64,000 nt of DNA from Nemertoderma westbladi (GCA_032718475.1 JAUCBJ010003330.1:31259-95258), one strand, 5' to 3'. Numbered from the stretch's first letter, positions 24,914 to 37,953 are shown. A program made the numbers and translations. The notes: generated by a model not told the origin, from the sequence alone.

Positions 24914-27900
24914 TACCAGTGCGAGTGATCGGGGAAGGCAATCGATCAGTAACAACACTAATGCTGGTTGATAGTGGAGCTGCCTTCACATTAGTCGAGG
25001 AATGGGTGGCCGAGGAGATAGGATTGAGAACAAGGCCAAGCAGAATGGTGGTAACAACCATCTCTAGCAAAGATGAGATCCTGGAGATGAGAACAGGACG
25101 GTGCGCAATTGCAGCAGTGGCACCAGGATGCGACTATGGGGCAACCATCGACCCCATCCAAGTGATAGAGTCAATTAATATTAATGCCAGGCGACCAACC
25201 AACATCGAGGTCGAGCAGTATAAATTCTTGGACGACATTGACTTCTCAATCCCAGACGTGGACGTTAGGAAGGTGTCCATCATAGTAGGCATGGACTGCC
25301 CAACGGCCCACGAAAGAATGCAAACGGTCTTCGGCGAAGACAAGCAGAGTGACCCGGTGGCCATATTAACACCATTCAGGTGGACGCTGAGTGGTCCAAT
25401 TAAGAGCAAGATACCATTTAGGATGTCGGAGACATCAGGATGCATGTTCGCGGGAACAATGCAGGAAATGGGTGACGAGGGAGCAGAGGAGCAGCTTAAA
25501 AGACTGCTCAGACAGGATTTCGAGGGATTGAAAGAAAACGGGGTCGGGACCTCAGTAGAAGACAAGCAGGCTTTACAAAGCGTGGAGGAATCGATGACAT
25601 GCAATGAGGGGCGGTATACTATAGGAATGGTATGGAAACTACCGAAGATACCGCTGCCCGACAATAGGGGGATGGTACTCACGAGACTCCGCAAGCTGAA
25701 ACAAACACTAAAACGGAGCCCCGAGAAGAATGAGTACATCCACAGAACAATTAAGAAGTACGTCGAGAAAGGATGGGCCGTGGAGTTACCGGTCGATGAG
25801 CCGAACACGGACAGGACATATTACCTGCCACTACACGTGGCTTTAGATCCAAAGAAAGGTAAACTACGGATGGTAGTCGACGCATCGGCAAAGACCGACG
25901 GAAAGTGCTTAAAAGACTACCTGTTAGAAGGCCCAAACATATACAATTCGGGCATAGAGGTGTTACTTAGATTTAGAAATGGGAAACACGCCTTCACGTG
26001 TGACATAGAAGGCATGTTCAACCAAGTCCGTGTAACGGAAGAAGATAGCGACAGTCAACGCTTCTTATGGTATAACGGCGAGGAATAACCGTCGATAATA
26101 CCGGCATATAAGATGGTAGTACAGAACATGGGGGCCAAGTCGTCTTCATTTACGACGACTATGGCAGTGAGAGACACAGTAAAGGGGAAGGAAGATAGAT
26201 ACAGCAGTAGGGCCGTCGATATTATTCGACGCGGCTTCTACGTAGACGACGGAATGGAGTCTGGAAATACGGTTAAGGAGATACTGGATACAGGGCGCGA
26301 GGTTCGCGACATCCTAAAAGGATCCGGCTTTAACCTGACCAAATTCCAATCCAGTTCGGAAGAATTTATCAAGGCGATAGAGGACAAGAGGCCAGAATCG
26401 ACCATGGATAATCCCACAACAGCCAAAGGGCAGGACATGGCGATTAAGAGAACAGAATCTCAACAGAAGGCATTGGGAATCGTGTGGGATAGAGAGACAG
26501 ACGAACTGAAGTATCAGCTGAGCCAGGAGGGCGCAGACATCCACACGAAGAGGGGCTATGTATCGTATATAGCAAGGATATACGATCCCCTAGGCCTAGC
26601 ATCCCCATTATTAGTCACGGGGAAACAGATACTCAAGAGAGTATACAAACTGAAGGATGAGTGGGACGTAGAGGTACCAGAGGAAATCAAGAAACAGTGG
26701 AGCAAGTGGACAGGAGACTTGGAGAAGATGGGAACATACAACATGCCACGGGTGTATTTCCCGGATGGGAACATGACGAATCTGGACCTACACATGTTCT
26801 CCGACGCGTCGTTGGAAGCGTACGGAGCGGCACTCTACTTAGTACAACGAGAGGGGGCTCATAAGCCAAGATTAGCCTTTAGCAAAGCAAAGTCAACGCC
26901 ACCAGATACAGCATCAGTTCCTAAGTTAGAATTGACAGCCGCGAGACTAGGAGTAAGAGCCACAGCCTACCTAGTGGATACTATTCCCAACATAGTGGAG
27001 ACACACTACTGGACGGACTCCATGGTAGTGCTTGGTTGGCTACACAACGAAAGGACGAGATACCCGATATTCGTCGCGAATAGAGTGGACGAAATAAGGG
27101 CGAGTACAGAACTGGAAAGGTGGCACTACTGCCCAACAGACGATAACCCAGCGGACTTGTTGTCGAGGGGCGTGGTACGCCACACTTTCTTGAAGAAGGA
27201 AGTATTGTGGCAACATGGGCCACAATTTCTGAGTGATAAGGAAGCCTGGCCGCCGATGAGAAAGGTGGACCCGGGCTCGGAAGTAGTATCAGAAGGAGAA
27301 GAGGGAGATTCAGAGGGAGAAGAGATATACTCCCAGATGGTGAGGGAGATTAGGGACGTGCAACCAGGACGGGAACTGTGCAATAACCCGACGGATAAAC
27401 TCCTCAGCTACAGTTCTAGTTGGTATAAGACCAAGAAACTAGTGGCGTACTGGAGAGCCTTCGGGAATTTCCTTGCGGGAGTTGGCAAGGACAAGAAGAT
27501 CAGGACAACCATAGATCTGGAAGGAGCGGCCAAGGCAGTGATCCGCTATGAACAACGGAAGAACTATGGCGACGAGGTGGAACGCGTCGGTAACCAACAG
27601 CACCTCCGACGGGACAGCGAGCTGATTACGCTGTCGCCACAACTCAATGACGACGGGATTCTAGTAATGAATTCTAGGGTGGGATACAACAACAGCATAG
27701 TCGTACCACCGAAACCCATCATCATTCCCACAGGATCGCCAATAGTCCACCAGATTATCTGGGACTCCCACAAATCGATATTGCATGGGGGCACCAACCG
27801 AACCCTCACAGAAATAAGGAGGACCTATTGGGTCAAACAATTGAGGAAGAAGGTAAAAGCGGTAGTGGGGCAGTGTCAGACCTGCCGACGAGCGAAGAAG

Positions 27901-28878
27901 GAGCGAGCCATACAAGAGATGGCGCCACTACCAGCAAGTAGAGTAAGACAGCACGACCCGCCATTTACGCATTGCGGTGTGGACATGTTCGGGCCGATAA
28001 AGATCAAAGTGATGCGACACACGGAGAAACACTACGGCATTATCTTCGTATGCAACAATACGCGGGCGGTAGGGATAGAACTCGCCCAAGATGCAACCGC
28101 ATCAGCGTTCATTAACGCCTTAGAAAGGTTTAGGGACCGCAAAGGTGGGACGATCGCAGTGATATACAGCGACAACGGCACCAAATTTGTGGGCGCAGAG
28201 AGTGAGATGGCAGAGGCCTTGGACATCTTGGAGGGAGAAGAAGTCAGGGCAGCCATGAGGCGACGACAAGTAAAGTGGGAGAGAAGGACGCCGTATGCAC
28301 CACATACACTAGGGTGCGTCGAGAGACTGGTGGGCAGTTCAAAGCGTCTAATGACGAAGCTAATGAACACCCACATGGTCACTGAGGACGTCTTACGGAC
28401 AGTACTTGCGAAGTGCGGGGGGATCATTAATAGCAGACCGCTATATCCGGAGAATGATGACCCTGAGTCATTAGACGTGCTGACGCCTAGCCATTTCCTG
28501 ATGGAAAGGCCAGCGACCATCGATATGCGGGGTGTAGACCCAGATGACATACACTCCCGCCAAAGTTGGAAAGTCGCTAAAGCAATAAGCGCAGAGTATT
28601 GGAGGAGGTGGGTCGAGGAATACCTACCCACACTCCATAAACGAAGCAAGTGGAGGAAGTCAAACAGGGAGTTAAGAGAGGGAGATCTCGTAATCGTTAC
28701 GGATGATACTATCATCAACAACCAATGGCAGTTGGCGAGAGTTGTAGGCACCTACTCCGACGAGGACGGAAGAGTCCGATCGGTAGAAGTGCGGATAGGT
28801 GGAAAGATATGTGCGAAGGACAGAAAAACCTACAGGAGAGCTGTAGGCAAATGCTGTCTGTTAGAAGGGGCACCTTAG
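24814..28878 (+). pseudogene. pol: BEL-2 pol (PR-RT-RNase H-IN; one in-frame TAA at 26086)
   Basis: LVDSGA; YYLPLH...KLRMVVDASAK; DIEGMFNQV; FYVDD; YDPLGL; LHMFSDAS; YWTDS; NPADLLSRG; GVDMFGP; SDNGTKF; INSRPL; GDLVIV...W.LARV (DUF5641-like tail). Confidence 0.95.
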
Positions 28879-29012
28879 TAGAGTTAAAGAAAAGTTTAGT
28901 CGTCCAAGTTTTGGACTGAGGGGGGTGGGATTGAGGGCGAGAAGCCCTTCCCACAAACAAAATAAAAAAAAAATAAAATAAAATAATAGTACATGGTAGG
29001 TACGCAGTTAGT

Positions 29013-29630
29013 ACGAGAGAGTTAGTTAGAAGGTACATAGTACCTAGTTAGTTAGTTAGTTAGAAGGTACGTAGTACCTAGTTAGTTAGAGAGTTAGAGG
29101 GTACGTAGTACCGCTAGTTAGTTAGAGTTAGAGGGTACGTAAGTACCTAGTTAGTTAGAGAGTTAGAGGGTACATAGTACTGCTAGTTAGTTAGAGTTAG
29201 AGGGTACGTAAGTACCGCTAGTTAGTTAGAGAGTTAGAAGGTACGTAGTACCGATAGTTAGTTAGAGAGTTAGAGGGTACGTAGTACCGATAGTTAGTTA
29301 GAGAGTTAGAAGGTACGTAGTACCGATAGTTAGTTAGAGAGTTAGAGGGTACGTAGTACCGATAGTTAGTTAGAGAGTTAGAAGGTACGTAGTACCGATA
29401 GTTAGTTAGAGAGTTAGAGGGTATGTAAGTACCGATAATTAGTTAGAGAGTTAGAGGGTACGTAGTACCCTCTAACTAGTTAGAGAGTTAGAGGGTACGT
29501 AAGTACCGCTAGTTAGTTAGAGAGTTAGAGGGTATGTAAGTACCGCTAGTTAGTTAGAGAGTTAGAGGGTACGTAAGTACCGTTAGTTAGTTAGAATTAG
29601 AGTTAGAGGGTACATAGTACCGTTAGTTAG
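29013..29630. repeat. Tandem minisatellite (~34-37 bp unit, roughly 17 copies) between BEL-2 pol and the accessory ORF
   Basis: Unit TAGTTAGTTAGAGAGTTAGAGGGTACGT(A)AGTACCG(C/A) repeated head to tail without unique spacers. Confidence 0.95.
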
Positions 29631-30118
29631 AAGAGAGAGAGTAAGAGGTAAAAAGGGGATATAGATATATATATTAGTTAGCAGTTAGTAGAGAGAGGGG
29701 GGCATATGAGTACAGCTGGGTAAATCGTGTGGCCACACGACGCATACTGCTGTACTGCATAGGCCCACAGAGTAGGCCAGAATGTGGATTAGAGAATAGA
29801 ATAATCCATAGGCAATAGTAAGTAGTAGGACAGTAGAATCAAAATTAAATAGATGAATAAATAGAATAGGGCTGAAAGTTACAAATAATGGCAACACAAG
29901 GAAAGTTATTCTAGAAAATAATAAAAGTAACGGACAGAAATTGTAAATTATGCCCATTTACTAGCTTCAAAATTAATTAGTAGTAATTTAGGTTAAAAGG
30001 CGCAGTTAAGTAAGAAATAGGCCATTATCGAACCGTACAGAACATCCTAGATACATCACTCATCTGTATTGCGCCTTGGTAAGGCACCACCCTGCAGGTG
30101 AGCGAGTGAGTGTTCGGA

Positions 30119-32667
30119 ATGGCGAGCAAGTTGATCAGGAAGAGAAAGGCGGAGTCAGGAGGAAAGGAGATACTGGTGGATTTCACCGAGAGGCATCCGG
30201 AAGAGAAGACGTGAGCATACTACGAGAGGTTGGAAAGGGGTCACGCGGCACGAGCGCTGCAGGATCACTTCAGGGAGATGCACGAACAGCGGCTGGTCGG
30301 GACCTACGGGACGCCGTCGCTGGACAACGCGATCTTCCAACACTTCCACTACGTGGTGAAAGGGGACGAGGCGAAGTTCAGGATTCCGAAGTACCCGAGG
30401 GAATCACCGAGGAAGGACTGGAAGAGATTCATAGAGTCCGTCAACAGAGGAGGATATATGATCCTAGACGACGAGGGAACCGTGGAAGACGAGGCGGGTT
30501 CGAGACGAGGATCGGCGGGGTCGGCCAGGACCATACTCCTACATTTGGCCGCGCCAAATGGGGACATCTTCTTATTCGATCTAGGAATGTATGGGAAGAA
30601 GGACGGGCCGAAATTAAACCGGTTACCGAAAGCGGTACAAGTCTTAGTAAGAGAGAAGTCGACGACGAAAGTGGGATCGGCGATTCGCGAGGACGCGGAG
30701 AGGATCATCGGTCCGGACGCCACCAACCTCCTGGATATGCAGAAAGTCTTTATGGCTATGACGGCACCGGATGGGTTGGGGGTAGTCGAAAACACAGGCC
30801 AATGCGGGGCGGTGGCAATGGGCCAATTATTGGGGCTCGTATGCCACAAACCGATGGACTGGGGGAAGTTTAGGGAAGAATACGGAGCAGAACTAGCGAA
30901 CTCGCTAAAGTGGGGAGCGAGACCGGGAAAGCAGGAGGTATATCAATTCCGCAGGGGAGCGATAAAGGTATATATCAGAAGCGATATATCCTGCAGGAGG
31001 ACTGGATGATGATAAGTTTGCTTAACTTATTCATGACCGTGGTTATCGAGAGGGAACCAGGGGCATTTCTGTTATCGGGATCACCCCTAAGCTACAGGAG
31101 AGCCTTTAAGACGGCCTTTGACGGTCTGGTAGACCACCCGGGGCTGAAGGGCGAGTCGGTGTACTACAACAGCCGGCATCTGGTAGACAGGGAGACAGAT
31201 ACACCGTATCAGAGATGGGAGCAGCTAGAGACGGATAGATGAGAAGCAAAGCGACTGGAAGAAGTCGCTAGACGGGAGAGGATAGAAGCAGAGGAGAGGG
31301 AAGAGGAGGCCAGGACACAGAGTTACGGCTTCGAGGAACAGGCAGGCCTAGACGAACTTCATTGGACTTCATCAGGGAGTTTGGGGGAGTCTCTACGGCG
31401 AGAACTGGGATGGACGGTGGGATCGCCGAAACAGTCGACGTCGGGGTTGTAATCGATGCCCATACCAGCGGGCGCCGAGGGCGACCAACCGCCAAGGAAG
31501 TTAAGGGAGCTAGAGGGATGGAGAGCTACGGGCGAGAGCCAAGGCGGGAAGGGACACAGTGGATCCATCGGGATACCGGGGTTGGAGACACTGCCAGAAG
31601 AGGAGGACGACGACGACGAGTTCGGAGAGATGCCGCCCATCGAGAGGATAGGCCACTCGGACACGGACTGGGTTGGCGGAAGGGTGGTGACGGCCAGTGG
31701 GGCGAGGGCCTTCTGGAACAGATCCGGCAAGCGGACCTGGGTGCACGAGGAGCCGGCGATGGATTTCGCGGGGAGCACTATCAGGTTGGGCGAGCAACCG
31801 GGGACGGCACCACGGATAGTATTCGGGGAGACGATGCCCGAGAGGGGCGGAGAGATCGACGTAGATAGAGAGCCCAACGTAGAGAAGTTCGCCTACCAGC
31901 GACTCCACAGACCGTGGAGATCGCTTGGGACGAAAGACGAGGTGGGACGGGAGACATTGGTACTCGGCTGCGACTACTGTGGGAGACAGACCCATCGGGA
32001 AAGGAGCTGCCTATACCGGTTCCAGAAGGGAACCTTCTGTCTCTACTGCCGAGAACCAAGCCACAGGATGGGGGCGTGTCCACGGTTGCATAACCGATGT
32101 CCAAAGTGCCACTTTTGGGGACACTACGGATGCGAGTGCGACTGGATGAACGACGAGGAGAAGTTTACAAGATTCGAGGAGTGGGCCGACGTCGGGGCCA
32201 TGACGCGCCAGCGCATGAAGGCCCAGGAGTTCAAGTGGGGTTTCTTCCTTATCAATCAGGAGACTCACATGGAGATCATAAAGCGGAGGCTACCGTTTAC
32301 CTACCAAGAGGTAGCAACGGCGGCGTCGTACGCCGGAGTGATGAACACGCAAAGATATTTGGACAGGTGGACGCCAGAGAACCGAAGGGAGTTTAGGGAT
32401 TTCTTGGCGGAGCACGTACCACAAGCAATGAAAATGATCCTATGGGACGCCACCAGAGGGAGACAACCGGGCCACTCTGAGGGGCCACTGGCGAAGCGAT
32501 ATCGGGCACTAATAACACCAGCGCCCAAGGAGCCAACGACCGGGATCAGCATGGAGGTGGCGGCGAAGGTCCGAAAGCAGAAAGCGGATCCCAGAGGAAC
32601 GGTGGTAACCAAGAAACGACCCAGGGAAGAGGACGCCAGGGGGGACTATCCCCAGAGGAACAGATAG
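30119..32667 (+). pseudogene. BEL-2 accessory ORF3: DEDDy 3'-5' exonuclease plus three CCHC zinc knuckles (3 stops, 1 frameshift)
   Basis: ATG 30119 is in frame with 30230..31009 across TGA 30212. ORFs 30910..31242 and 31456..32667 share a frame across TGA 31240 and TAA 31450. Motifs: MILDDEG, LLHLAAPNGDIFLFDL, LPKAVQVLVREKSTTKVGSAIREDA, LLDMQ, LKWGARP, RYILQED; three CX2CX4HX4C knuckles. Confidence 0.8.
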
Positions 32668-33380
32668 GTTCCCAGAGCCGAGGGAGAGAGACTGAGACTT
32701 GGACGTGGTGCGCCTGGAAGGCGCCGCGTGAGACGTACGAACTATTAAGTACAAATTTAATTAATGCAAATAATCATATAAGTGCAATTTGTATGTACGT
32801 ATGTAGTAATTAGTAATCTACGAATATATACGCTGGGAGTAAGTACTATAGTCATACAACCTTTCTCAATTAGCTACTGGGACTGGGGGATAACTGACTA
32901 TGGCACTATGGATGAGACACCAGACAATTTCACACTTCTTGAGTGCGACGGCACAAGAGGGGGGGGGGGGAGATTCGTCAGAAGGGATGAGGCAATCGAA
33001 ATGGGGTTGAGGGACGCAGTAATAGTGCGAAGTGCGGAGAGAGTGCGGACGCAATTCTAGTGTGGGGGGGGAGAATAAGAGGCTGAGTGAGGGACGAGGA
33101 GGTCCGAGTGTATGAGAGAGTTAGGATGAGAGTGAAGAAGAGATAGGGCGGAAGTGTTGGGGAAACAAAAGTTGCGTGAGAGGTGAGCGCGATCGGCCCG
33201 ACATGAGACGCCAGGCACACAGGGTAGCGTTATCATACCCATAGGGAGCGGCCTGGAAAGCCGGCTCCGAGAGAAAAGAATTCCACCCCACACCCGATGC
33301 TAGATCGGGATCCAGCGGGATTGTAGCGCACTTTTTTGGTTGATGCTATCTTCTTACCGGGAAGATAGCATGGGGGGGAG

Positions 33381-33889
33381 TGTTAGCTTATTCAATCCCG
33401 CCAACACCCCATAAAGTTAAGCCGATAAGCAATATTGGGAGCCACGAGATTGGGTAATTAACCAACTCGTGCCATCCCAATGAGAATGGGAAGGAGAAGC
33501 ACACAATGAGGGTCAGGGGCCAAACCCCTAACCCAGAGAGAATAGGTGGAGTGAACGGGAACACTCCAAAGGGCGCCAACAAGGGTATCAACCAATCAGA
33601 GGGGGGAAAGGCATCGATTAGGTAGAGTAACAAGGCCAACCGGGCAATATAGCCACTTGGCAGTAATCATATCAATTCAGTTATCTCAGTGCAATACCGG
33701 TGCTAGATTAGGTTACATAGTTTAGCTAGGGAAGGACCGGGACTTTAGTTACCGTATCCCGCCTTCCGTATACGACAATATTATCTCATATCTATATCTA
33801 TATCTATATCTGCATATCCAAATATTATATACGACAAACAGCACAAACTCATTCACTCCTTATACATGGCGGGGATGCGTGAACTAACA
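33381..33889 (+). repeat. 3' LTR of BEL-2 (509 bp)
   Basis: Directly after the PPT, with inverted termini TGTTAG...CTAACA. No second copy seen in the window. Confidence 0.7.
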
Positions 33890-34730
33890 ACGGATAAGCC
33901 GGGATCCCTCTTGGATCCCGTCACACTATCTAAGCATTCATAATTTAATCAAGCACACTTTAGCAACACACCAATCAGCGTAACAATCAATAGTCAATAC
34001 TTACCAATTTGTAGTTCCCAATGTACAATTTACAGTCTGCAGTTCGCAATATGCAGTTCGCAGTATAAAGTTCGCAACGTAAAGCACAAAGGCCTCTCCC
34101 GGGTACATGTAGGCTTCCTAACTAACCCGATTCCTGCCCCCCTAACACTAAAAAATAGAGACAAAATCTGGATCATCAGCCCCCTAATTACTGTACCAGC
34201 AATCAGTCTTCCCTCTACACTGCTAGCCCTCCGACCGCAACGGTGACCCACCGCCAGCGTTGCTCGCCTTTGAATCCTCCGCACTCCCTTCGTCGCTACC
34301 CCCCGGTGCGCCCGCCGCACCTACCGGTACCTTAGCCCTCCATTTAATGAGTAGCTACCGTAATGGCGCATGCAATCACACAGTCTGACAGTCTAAAGAA
34401 ATCCCGTGGGATTATCGCTGTCATGTCTCGTAGTGCGAGCGGAGGTTATGAAGTAAATAACATATATATATTTGAGTTCAATATAATACTAGCACACGTA
34501 TAATGTTACGGTATAATAGCATCAAACATGTTGCGCTGCAGCCATGCTGCATAAGTGGTTCGCGCATACAGCTGTACTGTGTACAGGGGGTCCTGGGGTC
34601 AGTATCTAGCAGTACTGCAGTAATAAGCAGTCTGGATGTACCGTTAAAGCCGTAAGTATGTATATCCTTAGTATATTCCCTTCACCCATGTTGCCTTATA
34701 ATACAGTATAAAGATTGGGGCGAGCCATGA

Positions 34731-35091
34731 CGATGGGCATGACGATGGGATGGCACCAGGTTGTGGGCCGATCGCCCACACGTTCGATGATGCCCTTTGC
34801 CTCCATATTCTCGATTTCGCGCTTCGCCTGTTCCGATAAGGGAACGGAATGGGGCGGGCTGCATAAATGCATAAAGGTACAAGCATTTTCCACCAACTCT
34901 ATTGACATTGGTGGGCCACACATTGTTTTGAGGTGTCCGTCCGTTTGGAAAACATCCTTAAACTCCTCTAGGAATTTGAGTTTAATTTTGTCGTTGTTTA
35001 TCGAAAGTTCGTGTTTAATTTCGTCAGAGTTTATCGAAAGTTCGTGTTTAATTTCATCAGAGTTTATCGAAAGTTTTGTGTTTAATTTCAT
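34731..35091 (-). pseudogene. pol: Gypsy RT N-terminal remnant fused to the LTR; includes 30 bp coding repeats
   Basis: LEEFKDVF...LKTMCGPPMSIEL...EIENMEAKGIIERVGDRPTTWCHPIV, then an abrupt join to the LTR. KHELSINSDEI repeats at ~34980-35120. Confidence 0.8.
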
Positions 35092-35114
35092 CAGAGTTTA
35101 TCGAAAGTTCGCGT

Positions 35115-36988
35115 TTAATTTCTTTGGATTCTGAGTTTATTGGTAGTCCCCGCCCGTTTTGTAGCTGCGGCGTATGATTGTTTGGGGGCGGGTTCAGCGT
35201 CTGATTTCGCGGAAACGCCCCGAACTTCCCGTTTGATGTCTGGGCGAATAGTTGAAATTGGTTTGGGGAAATCTTTATGTACTATTCCCAAACCTTTGCA
35301 GCCCTGTAGAGATATGTAGATATCTGTTCCCATATCCGGACATAATTATTATTATTATTATTTATTTATTCCATACCATAGGTACATATTAAAATACAGT
35401 AAAATATACCCAAAATACATAAATAAACCCACTCTTTATGAGTGTGGCCCCCTACAGAGAGTTCCATAAAAAGTTTACCCTCACACTCGATTTGGCAACC
35501 GTTTGCTGATTGCAGTGGAAAATCGGGAGGAATTATTTCAGTCGACTCTGGTAATTTCCACTCCGATTGTATCATGGAGCCGGCAACAGTGACCTGGGCT
35601 CCCGTATCAGCGATACACATGTTTTTTCCCACATATTTGCCCGATTTGTGGAAATCTACCGCGATAAGCGCACGTTTATTTGCGGCGGTGCGCTTGTGGA
35701 TGTCAGTGATAAGGACGGCGCCGGATGTTTTTGGAGGAATTTTGGATTTAGGTTGTAAACACTGTGCGCCGAAGTGTCCAGTCCTCCCGCAGTTACTGCA
35801 ATCCTTTCCTGCAGCTCTGCAGGGTGCATTGTTGCTGTGGGGAAACTTCCCTCCACAGTGAAGGCATTCCCCCCATTCTTTTGCCGTGTTGAGGAGTTCT
35901 AGGGCGCGGTTTGAGGAAGGACTCCGCCCCGTAGCGGAAGTTTCCTTCCCTTTCCGGTACCTACTCTTAGGGCGTCGACTACATCCCCTGGGTGGGGGTG
36001 TTTGCGGAGTCCGTACTGCATTCACACGCTGCCCTCTTATGAGTTTAGTATCCCTTGCTGCGATTTCGCGGCACCGGCAAAAATCGAGAGTTTCCAGTCG
36101 TGTTAGGGGTGGTCGTTTAGTAAAGAGTTCCTCCTGTGTTTCATCGTCATGGATACCTCGGATGAGGAGCGTATTAACCCAGTCGTCTGGGGTCATCGTT
36201 TCGAGACCAGCGTCGTCTGCCAGCTCGCACAGTCGTACGTAATAATCATCGAATGTCTGGTTCTCCGACTGTTTTAGTTGGACGAGTTGGTGGCGGTCGA
36301 CAATGAGGTTCCTCTCGGAACGGAGGTATAAGTGGATCTCCTCCATAACTTCCGCAAGAGTTTTGTCCGTGTTTACCGGGATGTTTAGGCGATGGTGGAT
36401 GCGGTTGAGGAACTCGGCAGAACAATTCGAAAAAAAGACTGCAAGTTGATCCTCCCGAGGTTTCTGGGATAAGTGGACAACGGTACAGTAGTTGCTCCAC
36501 TGGATCTCCCAGCATTTGTAGCGCTGAAACGTGATATCTACTTCGAGTTTCTCGGGGGCTCGAGCGTTTAGTTTTACGGTTTCGCCAGGTCCGGGGTTCC
36601 GGGGGGGGGGGGGTGCGCCTGCGGGTCCCTGTCGGAGAAATTCCGCCCTCTCTTCTGCACGGAGACCATCGCGATGTTCCTCGCGGCGTTCATCGTTCTC
36701 CCGGCGGTGTAGCTCCTCTTCCCGGCGGCGTTGTTCTTCCTCGGCACAGTCACGCTGAAGGTAGATCAGAAACTGCGTTAGGTCGGGCGGTTTATGTTTG
36801 TCACCCTGTTCCTGGTCGCCAAGCGCGCCCTTGAGTTGATTGCGTAGTTTGTTGGACGATGTTTTCGGATTGAATTGGATTCCAGCATTTGTACAGTGGA
36901 TCTTAAGTGTCTCCCGGTCGAGATTATCAATTTCCTCGAGCCGTAGATCGAGCCATTCGTCAGGTTGAATGGGTGTTGTCCTTGCCAT
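35115..36988 (-). pseudogene. gag: Gypsy gag-protease
   Basis: QLKQSENQTFDDYYVRLCELA, CSNCGRTGHFGAQC knuckle, IADTGAQVTV protease. The frame continues into 35115..35333 once the 77 bp insert at ~35340-35422 is removed. Confidence 0.88.
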
Positions 36989-37142
36989 CCTGGTCAGCTA
37001 GTGTTGTAAGTTCCACGTAGGTTAAATTCTACTGGCTCTGTTTGCCAGCTACACACTGACACACTGCGCCATGTCATGTCTCGTAGTGCCATGTCATGTA
37101 TCGTAAACTAAGAAATAGAAATCAATCAAGGGAAAAGGGCGC

Positions 37143-37953
37143 CTATCTAAGCATTCATAATTTAATCAAGCACACTTTAGCAACACACCAATCAGCGTAA
37201 CAATCAAAAGTCAATACTTACCAATTTGTAGTTCCCAATGTACAATTTACAGTCTGCAGTTCGCAATATGCAGTTCGCAGTATAAAGTTCGCAACGTAAA
37301 GCACAAAGGCCTCTCCCGGGTACATGTAGGCTTCGCTTCCTAACTAACCCGATTCCTGCCCCCCTAATACTAAAAAATAGAGACAAAATCTGGATGATCA
37401 GCCCCCTAATTACTGTACCAGCGATCAGTCTTCCCTCTACACTGTTAGCCCTCCGACCGCAATGGTGACCCCCCGCCAGCGTTGCTCGCCTTTGAATCCT
37501 CCGCACTCCCTTCGTCGCTACCCCCCGGTGCGCCTGCCGCGCCTACCGGTACCTTAGCCCTCCATTTAATGAGTAGCTACCGTAATGGCGCATGCAATCA
37601 CACAGTCTGACAGTCTAAAGAAATCCCGTGGGATTATCGCTGTCATGTCTCGTAGTGCGAGCGGAGGTTATGAAGTAAATAACATATATATATATTTGAG
37701 TTCAATATAATACCAGCACACGTATAATGTTACGGTATAATAGCATCAAACATGTTGCGCTGCAGCCGTGCTGCATAAGTGGTTCGCGCATACAGCTGTA
37801 CTGTGTACAGGGGGTCCTAGGGTCAGTATCTAGCAGTACTGCAGTAATAAGCAGTCTGGATGTACCGTTAAAGCCGTAAGTATGTATATCCTTAGTATAT
37901 TCCCTTCACCCATGTTGCCTTATAATACAGTATAAAGATTGGGGCGAGCCATG
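37143..37953. repeat. Direct repeat (~810 bp) of 33926-34730: ~495 bp flank plus Gypsy LTR
   Basis: CTATCTAAGCATTCATAATTTAATC...GGGGCGAGCCATGA is near-identical at both positions. Confidence 0.95.

Larger units (their letters stand above)
22400..33889 (+). mobile_element. BEL/Pao LTR retrotransposon BEL-2 (near-complete gag-pol plus accessory ORF; 5' LTR not found, left boundary approximate)
   Basis: Gag, PR, RT, RNase H and IN in BEL order. PPT GGGGGGGAG at 33372-33380 is followed by TGTTAG...CTAACA. Confidence 0.9.

Noticed and set aside
29013-29630. CRISPR-like array of ~36 bp repeats
   Set aside because: Units are head to tail with no unique spacers, there are no cas genes, and the context is a eukaryotic retroelement.
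30076-31868. Overlapping Gly/Arg-rich ORFs 30076..30873 and 31362..31868 and antisense ORFs across BEL-2
   Set aside because: Alternative-frame shadows of purine-rich coding sequence, with no motifs.
30119-32667. Envelope (env) gene in ORF3 position, also 40538-44262
   Set aside because: No signal peptide or transmembrane anchor; hydrophilic protein with nuclease and knuckle motifs.
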